The notes below the pieces were generated by a model that did no database searches, was not told where the DNA came from, and saw nothing but the letters and a program-made list of their open reading frames with translations. From Candidatus Eiseniibacteriota bacterium (GTDB lineage Bacteria; Eisenbacteria; RBG-16-71-46; CAIMUX01; VGJL01), in the NCBI GenBank assembly GCA_041946735.1, contig JBHGAY010000030.1:1-61852 (forward strand): a stretch of DNA of 61,852 bases, given 5' to 3'. Positions 1-9,413 of this stretch are shown here, piece by piece. Each line of letters starts with the position of its first letter. The first letter of the stretch is position 1. The position numbers were made by a program, and so were the translations under genes.

Positions 1-1922
1 CGCACGTGCTCACCGGCCGGCAGCGTCCCCTCGAAGAGGCTCGCCACCTTCCGGCCGCCGAGATCGAACACCTCCAGGCGGACGGGTCCGGAGGCTCCCG
101 TCTGCGAGAGGGTGAACGAAATCTGCGTGCGTGGATTGAACGGGTTGGGCTGCGCCGCGTCGATCCGCGAGCCGAAGAGCGGAGCCGCCGCCTCGTCCTC
201 GACACCCGCGGACGGCTGCGGCTCGAGCCAGTCGAGAATCCGCTGGAGCGTCGTTTTCATGTTGTTCGGATCGGGGTTGTTGTCGGCGACATGGAGGGCC
301 GCCGGCATGAAGACGCACTTCCCGCCGTCCGTCACCTGGTTGCGCAGGCAGACGCCGGTGTTCCCCGACGCCGTGAAGCACTTGACCGCCGTCGCCGTCG
401 GCTCCACGGCGTCCCCCTTGTTGAACGCGGGGATCGAGAAGGTCAGGTGCAGGTGGATGCCATTGCCGATCGGGTCTCCCGCCACGCCGTACATGTCGGT
501 GAATCCGACGTCGGTCGTGTAGGAAGCGATCCCGAAGTAGCGCCGCATGAAGTCGGTGACCTCGGTCTTGCTGTTGATGTAGTGCGGGCTGGCAACGAAC
601 ACCGACCCGCCGGCATCCAGGAAGCTCGCGAGGGCCGCCTCGTCGCTCGGAAGCAGGATCGTGTTGTTCAGCATGTCGAAGCCGGTCTGCCAGATCACGT
701 AGTCGTAGCCGCTCATGTTCGCGAAGGTCGGCCCGCTCCCCATGACGTACGCGTCCCAGTCGTCGTGCAGGACTCCGATCGCGTCCAGCGCCGCCAGCCA
801 GGGAACCTCGTCCTGGCGCGCGCGATCGTCGTCCACGAACAGGATCGCCCAGCTTCCGTTGAAGACGCGCATCTCTTCCGCCACCGTCCGCTCGGAAAAC
901 GCGGACGTGACCTGGAAGCTGCCGCTACGGACCTCGACCGCGGAATCCGTGTGCACCCGGATCTGGATGTCGCACGACTCCTCGGGATCGAGGACCACGT
1001 CGAACGGCCCGCTGTGCGGATTCGGATCCCCGCAAACCAGGAAGTCGGTCGTCCAGGAGCCGAACGGCGTGCCCGGTTCGAGCGTCAATGTGTCGGTCGC
1101 ATCGCCGATGTTCGTGACCGTCGCGAGGAAGACGGCGACGCCGTTGCCATCGGGCACCGACGCGATCGTCTTCTGCAGCTCGTAGCTGAAGTCCCCGAAC
1201 GGCACCATCAAGCCCTGGATCATCTGCTTGTTGCCGCTCGTCTGCTGCAGATAGGCGACCACCTTGATGTTGTCGATGTTCCACGACGGGTTGATCGCGA
1301 AGTCATAGCTGACCGTGACCTGGTCCCCCACGTTGGTCAGCGTGATGTTCTCGTCGTAAAGGTCCCGCTCGGTGTGCTCCCAGTAGTCCCCGCTCCACAG
1401 GACATGATCCTCGTAGATCAGAAGGGTGGCGCGAAGGCTCGTGAGAACGACGGGGTCCTCGAGGCGGAAGGTCGCCGTAGCGGAGACTGTGCTGCCCAAG
1501 GGCAGGAAGCTCCCATCGATCGAGACCGGGCTGACGCCGCCCGTCTCCGCCAGCCGATTACTGATGGCGTTGCGATACTGAGTCGCGGCGCCCGAGCAGC
1601 TCCCGGCTCCGATGATCGGGGTCTTGCCGTCGATCCGGACGTCGGGGATCCCGCTCACGCCATACCAGGTGCCTCTCGCCTGGGTCTCGGGATTCTCGAA
1701 GACGTCGTCACCGACGTGGTTCTCCCAGTGGACCATCCGGTCGTAACCCATTTCGTCTTGAACCGTCTGCAGCCCGCACCGGGCATTGGGGCAGTAGCCT
1801 CACCAGGTCGCCCCGAATTCCTCGCAGACGATCACCTTCGGAACGCCCGCCCACGCGGGCGCGATACAGATGCAGCCGAGAATCGTGAGGATCGCCGCCA
1901 CGGCGGCCGTCTTCCTGGACAT
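1..1922 (-). CDS. Secreted Omp28-related thioredoxin-fold selenoprotein (UxxC) with C-terminal FlgD/T9SS-type domain, paralog 1; 3' end runs off the window
   Basis: ATG at 1922 after GGAGGAGG RBS. Signal peptide MSRKTAAVAAILTILGCICIAPAWA, then VPKVIVCEEFGATW-TGA(1800-1802)-GYCPNARCGL. The same frame continues to the window edge (...EGTLPAGEHV) and is colinear with the 2113-4146 paralog. The ORF track shows only 1800-2015. Confidence 0.85.
1772..1784 (-). promoter_or_regulatory. Putative bacterial SECIS hairpin of paralog 1
   Basis: GCCCG-GTG-CGGGC begins 15 nt after the TGA with G first in the apical loop; lower stem CTGC/GCAG; the 13-mer is identical in paralog 2. Confidence 0.6.
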
Positions 1923-2031
1923 GCTGACCTCCTCCGGATGTCGTGATCGGACAACGCGGACGCCCACCTTCCATCGGAGACGGGCGTCAGACAAGCCGAA
2001 CAAAGTATACAGCATACGGGCGATCGGAGAA

Positions 2032-2062
2032 AGGCCCGATCGCCTCTCGGGCGACCGGGCCT
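2032..2062 (-). terminator. Terminator-like hairpin between the two paralogs
   Basis: aggcccgatcgcc-tctcg-ggcgaccgggcct inverted repeat about 50 bp past the stop at 2113, followed by TTCTC on the minus strand. Confidence 0.5.
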
Positions 2063-2112
2063 CGTCTCTTGCGCGACTCTTCTCTCGTCGCCGCGCTCGG
2101 CTGTCCCGCCGA

Positions 2113-4146
2113 TTATTTGAGAAGGATCAGCTTCTGCGAAGCGCGACCGTCGTCGGTCGTCAGCCGCGCGAAGTACACCCCGCTCTCGACCGGCGCGCCG
2201 TTGTCGGCAAGACCGGTCCACGTCTGCACGTGCTCACCGGCCGGCAGCGTCCCCTCGAAGAGGCTCGCGACCTTCCGGCCACCCAGATCGAAGACCTCCA
2301 GGCGGACGGGTCCGGAGGCGCCCGCCTGCGAGAGGGTGAACGAGATCTGGGTGCGAGGATTGAACGGGTTGGGCTGCGCCGCGTCGATCCGAGAGCCGAA
2401 GAGCGGCGCCACCGCGCCGTCCTCGATGCCCGCCGGGACGACCGGCTCGAGCCAGCCGAGAATCCTGTCCAGCGCGCCGGCGATGTTGTTCGGATACGTG
2501 TTGTTGTCGACGACGTGCAGCGCCGCCGCCATGAACACGCACTTCCCGCCGTCCGCCAGCTCGTGGCGCAGGCAGGCGTTGACGTTGTTGGGCGCCGTAA
2601 AGCTGACCGCCGCATCGGCCGTCGGCTGCACGCTGTCCCCCTTGTTGAAGGCGGGGATCGTGAAGGTCATGTTCAGCGTCAGGCCATTGCCGATCGGGTC
2701 GCCCGGCACGCCGTTCATCACGGTGTAGCCGACGTCCTTCGTGAAGGCATTGATCCCGAAGTAGTTTCTCATGAACGGCGTCACGCCGGTCTTGCTGTTG
2801 ATGTAGTGCTGGCTCGAGACGAAGACCGAGCCGCCCGCGTCGAGATAGTCCGCGATGGCCGACTCGTCGCTGTCCAGCAGGATCGTCGTGTTGGTCATAT
2901 CGAAGCCGGTCTGCCAGACGAGGTAGTCGTACTCCTTGATCTGGTTGAAGCCGGGGGTCCCGCCGTTCGCGGTGGCGTCCCAGTGATCGTAGAGGAGTCC
3001 GAGCGTGTTCATCGCGCTGATCCACGGGACTTCGTCGGTCCGACCATGGTCGTCATCCACGAACAGGATCGCGTAGCCGCCGTTGAAGACGCGCATGTCG
3101 ATCGCCATCGTGCGACTCGAGAAGAGAGAGGTGACCTGGAAGCTCCCCGTGCGAGCTTCGATGGCGGAGTTGGTGTGCACGCGGATCTGCACGTCGCAGG
3201 ACTCGTCCGGGTCGAGGACGATGTCGAGCGGGCCGCTGTGAGGATTCGCATCGCCGCAGACCAGGAAGTCGGTCGTCCAATCGCCGAACTGCGAGGCGAC
3301 CTCGAGCGTGAACGTGTCCGGGTCGTCCCCGAGGTTCGTGACGTTTCCGTGGAAGACCGCGGTGCCGTTCCCGTCGGGAATCGACACGAGCTTCTCGTCG
3401 ATCTGGAAGCGGAAGTCTCCGATAGGCACCATCAAGCCCTGGATGATCTGCTTGTTGCCGCTCGTCTGCTGCAGGTACGCGACCACGGAAATGTTGTCGA
3501 CGTTCCAGGTCGGCTGGATGTTGAAGTCGTAGCTGACCGTCACCTCGTCCCCGACATTGGTCAGGGTGATGTTCTGGTCGTAGAGGTCCCGCTCGACATA
3601 ATCCCAGTACTGGCCGACGTGGAGGACGTGGTGTTCGTAGATGAGCAGAGTGGCCCGAAGGCTCGTGAGCACCACCGGGTCTTCGAGGCGGAAGGTCGCC
3701 TGAACCGGGATGGTGCTGCCGGTCGGCATGTAGCTGCCGTCGATGGAGACGGGGCTCATGCCCCCCGTCTCAGCGAGACGCTGATTGATCTGGATCCGGT
3801 AGCGGTTCGCCGCGTTCGCGCAGCCGTCACCACCGCCGACCTCTTCACGGCTGCCGTCAATGCGGACTTTCGGCACTCCGCCGGCACCGTAGAAGTTGTA
3901 GCGAGCGACGCCCTCCGCGTTCTCCAGTCCCTGCGCGGTGTGATACTCCCAGTGAACCATTCCTTCGAAACCCATCTCCTGCTGAACCATCTCGAGCCCG
4001 CACCGGGCATCGGGGCAGTACGGTCAGCTGGGGTACCCGAAGTCCTCGCACACGATGACCTTCGGGACGCCCGCCCCCGCGGGCGCGGCGCACATGCAGC
4101 CGACGATCATGAGGATCGCCGCGAGAGCGGCGGTCTTCCTGGACAT
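2113..4146 (-). CDS. Secreted Omp28-related thioredoxin-fold selenoprotein (UxxC) with C-terminal FlgD/T9SS-type domain, paralog 2 (677 aa with Sec41)
   Basis: ATG 4146 with RBS; MSRKTAALAAILMIVGCMCAAPAGA-GVPKVIVCEDFGYPS-TGA(4024-4026)-PYCPDARCGL is in frame with ORF 2113-3990. Omp28-like YGxGGVPxVRIDG and NISVVAYLQ motifs; C-terminal PNPFNPRTQISFTL...ESGVYFARL. Confidence 0.88.
3996..4008 (-). promoter_or_regulatory. Putative bacterial SECIS hairpin of paralog 2
   Basis: GCCCGGTGCGGGC at the same 15-nt offset from the TGA as in paralog 1. Confidence 0.6.
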
Positions 4147-4311
4147 GCTGACCTCCTCCGGATGTCTTTTCGTCAACGAACTGGACGCCCACCTTCGGAC
4201 ACGGAGACAGGCGTTGTGCAGTACCGTTAGAAATTATACAGGAGGAGGCACCCTTCTCATGCGCATTTCTTCTAGAAGGAGGCGCGCGGCGGCTGGTAGC
4301 CTTCTCCCGCG

Positions 4312-6339
4312 ATGCCAATTCAAGCGAACCGGCGGAAAGACGGCGGACGAAGTCTGCTCGTCCTATACGCGGGCCTTCTCCTCGTCGCCGTCCTCCCTTA
4401 TCTGAACTCCCTGGGCGCGGGCCTCGTCTTCGACGACGTCTGGCTCCTCCTCAAGCATCCGGCCGTGCAAGGTCCATTCGACCCGATGCGGATCCTGACC
4501 GCGCACTATTGGGGAGAGATCCACGAGGCGATGCTCTGGCGCCCGGTGACCACCTTCTCCTTCGCGGTCGATCACCTTATCGCCGGCAACGCCCCGTGGC
4601 TGCCGCACCTCGGGAACCTGCTGCTGCACGCCGCGGCGACGCTGTTCTGGACGGCGCTGCTGCGCCGCCTCTTCCGCAGCGATGCGCTGGCCTTCGCGAC
4701 GGGCGCGCTCTTCGCCGTGCACCCTCTTCATACCGAAGCGGTTACCTGGGTGTCGGGCCGGGCGGAGCTGCTCGCCGCGGTCTTCGGCATCGCGGCGATC
4801 CACCTCGCCCTCGACCCCCGGGCGAAGGTGCGCTGGCTCGCGCCGGTCGCCGTCCTCTTCGCCGTCGGCTCGAAGGAGAGCGCCGCGACGATCCCCGCCG
4901 TCCTGCTCTTTAGCGCCTGGGCGTTCCGCCGCGACCGGCGCGTCCGATTCCCCGTCCCGGTCGGTCTCGCCTGCTTCGCGCCGGTGATCCTCTACGTCCT
5001 CGCCCGTCATGCCGTCCTCGGCGCCTGGGGCGCCCCCGCGACCGATCCGATGGACAACCCGCTCGTCCGCACCTCGCTCGCCGGCAGGCTGCCGACCGTG
5101 CTCGACTCCGCGGGGCGCTACCTCTTCCTCCTCGTCTGGCCGGCGCGGCTGTCCGTCGACTACTCCGCTCCCGTCCTCGGCATCGTGCGGGGACCGACCC
5201 CGTTTCTTGCGCTCGGCCTTCTCGCTCTCGCCGGCCTCATCGTCCTTGCGGTCCGCCGTCCCGCCCGGCCGGAAGGATGGGGAAGCGGCTTCGCGCTCCT
5301 CACCTTCGCGCTCGCCTCGAACCTTCCCGTCGTGATCGGGACGATCTTCGCGGAGCGGCTCTTCTACCTCCCGTCGGCGGGACTGCCGCTCGTCGCCGTC
5401 GCGGGCGGGCTCGCGCTGCTCGCGCGGCGGCCGCAGCTTCGTCCGGCGTTCGTCGCGGCGCTGGCGATCCTGTTGATCGCGGGCGCCGCCCGGAGTTTCG
5501 CGCGCAACCGCGACTACCAGAGCGACCTCACCCTCTACGAGGCGGGGGCGCGAACGCAGCCGAAGAGCCCGAAGATGCGCTACAACCTGGCGCTCGAGCT
5601 CTCCCGCCTGGAACGGTGGCCCGAGGCGCTGCGCGAGGCGACCGAGGCGATCCGACTGAACCCGGCGAGCCGCGAGTCGCGCGAGGTCCTGGCGAAGTCG
5701 CTCGAGAAGATGGGACGCGCCTCCGAGGCGATCGACTTCCTCGAGGGGATGCTCGAGCAGGATCCGCGGGACCGCCAGTCACGCCTGATCCTCGTCCGTC
5801 TCTTGGACGAGGGGGGGCGGCCGGCGCGCGCCGACTCGATCGCCGAGGCGGGGATGCGCGAGGAGCCGGATCACCTCCCTTGGGTCGCGCTCGTCGCGAA
5901 GCGCCGGCAGGATCACGGGGACTACGCAACGGCCATCCCACTCTGGCAGCGAGCGCTCGCCGGCTCCCCCGAGAGCCAGGACGTCCCCCTCCATCTCGGC
6001 TTCTGCCTGCTTCGCGTGGGACGGTTCGCGGAGGCGCGGGACGCCTACGCCGAAGCGGCCCGCCGCGATCCGCGCTCCGCGGCCGCCGCCAACGGCCTCG
6101 CCTGGGCGATCCTCCAGTCCGGCGGGCCGGCGTCCGAGGCCGCGGAGCAGGCGAGCCGCGCGATCGCGCTCGACCCCGCCTCCGCGTCCGCGTACGACAC
6201 GCTCGCCCGAGCCCGGCTGGCGGCGGGCGACCGCGCCGGCGCGCTGGAGGCGGCCCGCAAGGCGGCGGACCTGGCGCCCGCGAACGAGAGCTACCGGCGC
6301 AGTGTGGCGGCGATCGAGGCGGGCGCCTCGCCGCCGTAG
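4312..6339 (+). CDS. TMTC-like membrane protein (DUF1736-type transmembrane region plus C-terminal TPR repeats), putative protein O-glycosyltransferase
   Basis: FDD, WRP, FAVHPLHTEAVTWVSGRAELL and AERLFYLPS motifs; multiple transmembrane segments; TPR-like tail. Confidence 0.85.
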   Translation: MPIQANRRKDGGRSLLVLYAGLLLVAVLPYLNSLGAGLVFDDVWLLLKHPAVQGPFDPMRILTAHYWGEIHEAMLWRPVTTFSFAVDHLIAGNAPWLPHLGNLLLHAAATLFWTALLRRLFRSDALAFATGALFAVHPLHTEAVTWVSGRAELLAAVFGIAAIHLALDPRAKVRWLAPVAVLFAVGSKESAATIPAVLLFSAWAFRRDRRVRFPVPVGLACFAPVILYVLARHAVLGAWGAPATDPMDNPLVRTSLAGRLPTVLDSAGRYLFLLVWPARLSVDYSAPVLGIVRGPTPFLALGLLALAGLIVLAVRRPARPEGWGSGFALLTFALASNLPVVIGTIFAERLFYLPSAGLPLVAVAGGLALLARRPQLRPAFVAALAILLIAGAARSFARNRDYQSDLTLYEAGARTQPKSPKMRYNLALELSRLERWPEALREATEAIRLNPASRESREVLAKSLEKMGRASEAIDFLEGMLEQDPRDRQSRLILVRLLDEGGRPARADSIAEAGMREEPDHLPWVALVAKRRQDHGDYATAIPLWQRALAGSPESQDVPLHLGFCLLRVGRFAEARDAYAEAARRDPRSAAAANGLAWAILQSGGPASEAAEQASRAIALDPASASAYDTLARARLAAGDRAGALEAARKAADLAPANESYRRSVAAIEAGASPP

Positions 6340-6439
6340 ACCTCGAGGGCCCGCGTTCGGGCCGCTGCCCCGGCGCTCCCGAACCTCCACTTCCGCGCTC
6401 CGCGTGCCGCACCGCCGATCCCGGTCGCTGGGGGAGATC

Positions 6440-6969
6440 CGCCGAAACGCGGAAGAGCGAGGCGCGAAGCCTCCGAACCGCTCTCCGGGACGTCGAAGAG
6501 GCGGGGACGATCCCAACGTGTCGCCCTTCGTCGCGTCAGACGCCCGATCCGAGAGTGCGCGGGCGGTCCTCAGACAGATCGAAGTCCGCTTCCCGGGACC
6601 AGGGCCGGAACGTTCGCATGTCGGAGAACGATCCCCAGGGATCGACGGTCAGGATTGCGCGGGCGAGAGGACCGATCCCGGACCTCGACTCCCGCCCTTC
6701 GACATGCGGAACGGCGACTCGGAGAGTCTCGCGGTCCGCTTCACGCGTGTCGAAGACCTGTCCCGAGGGATCGGACGTCGGTCTTCGACATGTCGAAGAT
6801 CCGAGCCGAGACATTCGCGACCGCGCTTCGACGCGCGAAAGCGTGCGATGAGCGCCGGGAGGCGGCTCTTCCACCGGCCGGAGAGTCGGACCGCGACATC
6901 GAATTCGCGGCTTCGACATTCCGAGCGCCGGTTCGGAGCGTTCGTGGTCGCCCCTTCGTCCTCTTGGCG
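6440..6969. repeat. Phased array of about 13 degenerate palindromes (consensus CTTCGACATGTCGAAG), period 42-43 bp
   Basis: Units at 6440, 6483, 6526, 6569, 6611, (6654 weak), 6697, 6740, 6783 (perfect), 6826, 6868, 6911, 6954. Confidence 0.75.
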
Positions 6970-7127
6970 TGCGGCCCCGGCCTACGACATGCCCGTTTAT
7001 TACAGAGCGAACGGGCGACTCCCGATCGTTCCTCCTCGGATCCCACCGAACGGCAAGTTCCACAATCGATTGCCGTGTCGATCCTCGACGCCCGCAAGGC
7101 GGCGAAATGTATCAGGAACCTTTTTTC

Positions 7128-7153
7128 GCAACCTTTCGACCCCCTCGTGCGTA
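7128..7153 (+). promoter_or_regulatory. Possible ECF-sigma promoter
   Basis: GCAAC-N17-CGTA in the AT-richer stretch about 150 bp upstream of 7299. Confidence 0.3.
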
Positions 7154-7298
7154 GGGCTCATGGAAGGCGGAGACCAGCCTGCTTCCGGCATCGCAGATCG
7201 GGGCAATCGAGCCCTCTCCACCTCCCACACATCTCCCAAGGCCGCGCCGGATGGCCGGGTCCCCGGGAGATGGGGGTTCGCCAACCGTGGAGGACGTC

Positions 7299-8114
7299 AT
7301 GTTTACCTTTGCCTACCCGATCCTCCGGTGGATCCAGGAGGCGACGTGGTACCTGATCGGGCGCAGCAGCCCGCACAAGGAGGTCGCCGCGATCGTGGCG
7401 CCGATCGAAGCCGCCTGCCAGGCGGTCGAGGAGGCGGAGAAGCCCTACGCCGTGGCGCGCCGCATCGCCACTGCGGCTCGGGCGATGCGCGACCACGTGG
7501 CCGATACCCTCGATGCCGTGATCCGCGGCTTCGGGCAAGCGGCCCGCGAGCATACCCGCAGCGACTTCCGCGCGATCCCGTACGCGACCTACCTCCCGCA
7601 CGGAACGACCGGGTTGATCGCCGAGAACCCGGCGAACAAGGCCAGGGCCGTGCGCGTCCTGATCGGCAACCTCGAGAACGAGAAGGATCCGACGTTGCGC
7701 AGCTTCCTGGGACCCCTCACCGCCTCGGTGACGGCGCTCGAGGAGGAGGTGCGGAAGGTCGAGGATGCGGTGGCCGCCGAGAAGCTGGCGTGGGCGGACT
7801 TCCGCCAGGCCCGCGCCGAGTGGGTCGCCACCTACAGGGAGATCTACAACAAGGTGCGGGCGTACTTCCGCGCCCGCCCGCGCGATGCGGAGCGGTACTT
7901 CCTGTCGCAGAAGGGCCGGAAGGTGAAGGCCGTCCCGGCCGACGAGACCGAGCCCGGCGCGGGCGAGGAGGAGGCTCCGGACATCGAGGGCGGCGCCGGC
8001 AACGCGGCTCCGGCCGCGCGGGCGGCGATCCTCCTCGGTCCGAAGGCTCCGCAGGCGAATGCGACGACGAGCGCGGAGGGGACGACGAACGAGTCGATGA
8101 ACCCGGCCGCGTAG
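7299..8114 (+). CDS. Hypothetical all-alpha/coiled-coil protein (271 aa)
   Basis: GGAGG RBS at 7289-7293 before ATG 7299; GC3-rich codons; long amphipathic helices around a YLPHG turn, ending in ERYF and a low-complexity tail. Confidence 0.8.
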   Translation: MFTFAYPILRWIQEATWYLIGRSSPHKEVAAIVAPIEAACQAVEEAEKPYAVARRIATAARAMRDHVADTLDAVIRGFGQAAREHTRSDFRAIPYATYLPHGTTGLIAENPANKARAVRVLIGNLENEKDPTLRSFLGPLTASVTALEEEVRKVEDAVAAEKLAWADFRQARAEWVATYREIYNKVRAYFRARPRDAERYFLSQKGRKVKAVPADETEPGAGEEEAPDIEGGAGNAAPAARAAILLGPKAPQANATTSAEGTTNESMNPAA

Positions 8115-8252
8115 CCTCGTGACGCCGGAGCGTCGCGGTCTCGCTCGCCTGGCGGAGGCGAAGAGCCACGTGACCACGGGAGCTTCGTGACCGCGCCGCT
8201 CGTTCGCAGCGCGACAACGACCGGCGCCGGACGGAGCGCCGGGGACGAAGAA

Positions 8253-8286
8253 GGGGCCGCCGGGCCCGAGAAGGCCCGGCGGCCCC
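8253..8286 (-). terminator. Intrinsic terminator-like hairpin between convergent genes
   Basis: Perfect 14-bp stem ggggccgccgggcc/ggcccggcggcccc followed by TTCTTC on the minus strand. Confidence 0.65.
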
Positions 8287-8357
8287 GATGCGCTCGCCGG
8301 CTCGGCGCCGGCGCGATGTCGCAGCCGCTCCTCCGCAGGGGGCGGAGCGCCCGCGCC

Positions 8358-9413
8358 CTACTCCGGCTCCTCTTCGCCCGTCTCAGGAGGCGGCCCGCTC
8401 TCCTCCTGGCCCCGCTCCTCCCCCGCCGGCTTCGGCTCGCGCGGCACCGGGCACCAGGCGAGGAAGCGGTCGAGACGCTCGGGGGCGATGCGAAGGAATC
8501 GGCCGAGGTCCGGGCGTTCCAGCATCCGCAGGCTGAAGGCGGCGAGCGCTAGGTTCACGAAGCGCTCCGGCAGATCGGTGGGACGCCGCTCGTCGGGCTT
8601 GCGCGCGGGCTCGGTCTCGGCCGGCTCCGGCGCTTCGAGGGGCGCCGGCAGATCGAGATCCTCGAGCCTCCTCCAGAGGACGGCCGGCGCCACGTCGAAC
8701 ATCTGCGCTGCGCGCTGCAGCATCTCCTCGTTCGGGACGTCCAGCGCCTCGTGCAGGCCCAACTCCGAGCCGAACTCGCGAATCGACGCGACCGGCAGCA
8801 GCAGCGCGCGCGCGAACCGGTCCGCTCGCCGCTCCTCGATCGCGTCGTTGGGATTCGACAGGTCGCGGCGGTTCCAGCGGCAGAAGCGGCGTTCGTACGG
8901 ATCGACGTCCATCAGCAGGTGTCCGTACTCGTGCGCGAGGACGAAGCTCGCTTCGGGGCTGCCCTGCGCCGCCCCGATCAGCAGTCCCGGCCCCGAATCG
9001 CCGGCGTAGTGGAATCCTCCAGTCAGCCGGCCCGGGAGCTCGGTGCCGCGCGTTCGCCGCAGCACCTTGATCCCCCGCTCCTCGAGGACCTCGTGCAGGC
9101 GCTCGGCCGGGCTCGGCCCGAGCTCGAGCAGCTCCCGCTCCTCCTCCGCGGCCGCCTCCGCCTGCCCCTCGTGCGGCGCAGTCCCCCGATCGAACGCCCC
9201 GAGGTGGACGGGCAGATCGAACAGGATCTCTCCCTGGACGAGCCGCTCGAGGAACGCGTACTGGCGGACGAGCCGCACGAACTCCAGAACCTCCTCCCGC
9301 TCGATCGGAGAGAGCGGAGGATCCGCGAGGAACAGGCCGACCTCCCGCACCGTCCCTTCGAGGTTGAGATCGGCGAACGGGTAGTCGGGACGATTTCGAA
9401 CGCTACGAGCCAT
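8358..9413 (-). CDS. ImmA/IrrE family metallo-endopeptidase (start uncertain, 9413-9503)
   Basis: FVLAHEYGHLL zinc motif and ERRADRFARALLLP motif. Confidence 0.8.
   Translation of the reverse strand: MARSVRNRPDYPFADLNLEGTVREVGLFLADPPLSPIEREEVLEFVRLVRQYAFLERLVQGEILFDLPVHLGAFDRGTAPHEGQAEAAAEEERELLELGPSPAERLHEVLEERGIKVLRRTRGTELPGRLTGGFHYAGDSGPGLLIGAAQGSPEASFVLAHEYGHLLMDVDPYERRFCRWNRRDLSNPNDAIEERRADRFARALLLPVASIREFGSELGLHEALDVPNEEMLQRAAQMFDVAPAVLWRRLEDLDLPAPLEAPEPAETEPARKPDERRPTDLPERFVNLALAAFSLRMLERPDLGRFLRIAPERLDRFLAWCPVPREPKPAGEERGQEESGPPPETGEEEPE

Noticed and set aside
1..4146. Pseudogene interpretation of the two Omp28-like genes
   Set aside because: The same codon is affected in both diverged copies, the frames are otherwise intact, and RBS, signal peptides and downstream hairpins are retained.
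6..4230. Long plus-strand ORFs 6-1946 and 1870-4230, and similar long Arg/Ala/Pro-rich ORFs throughout (e.g. 38563-40881, 53551-56223, 47261-49585)
   Set aside because: These are antisense or off-frame shadows of real genes, expected at this GC content, with no recognisable motifs.
6440..6969. CRISPR array
   Set aside because: The repeats are only about 16 bp and highly degenerate, the intervening sequences share a second motif rather than being unique spacers, and there are no cas genes in the window.
6302..7298. Protein-coding ORFs across the array region (6302-8122, 6536-7063, 6655-7356, 6741-7097)
   Set aside because: Low-complexity Arg/Ser/Pro translations, and the 43-bp periodicity is incompatible with a coding repeat.
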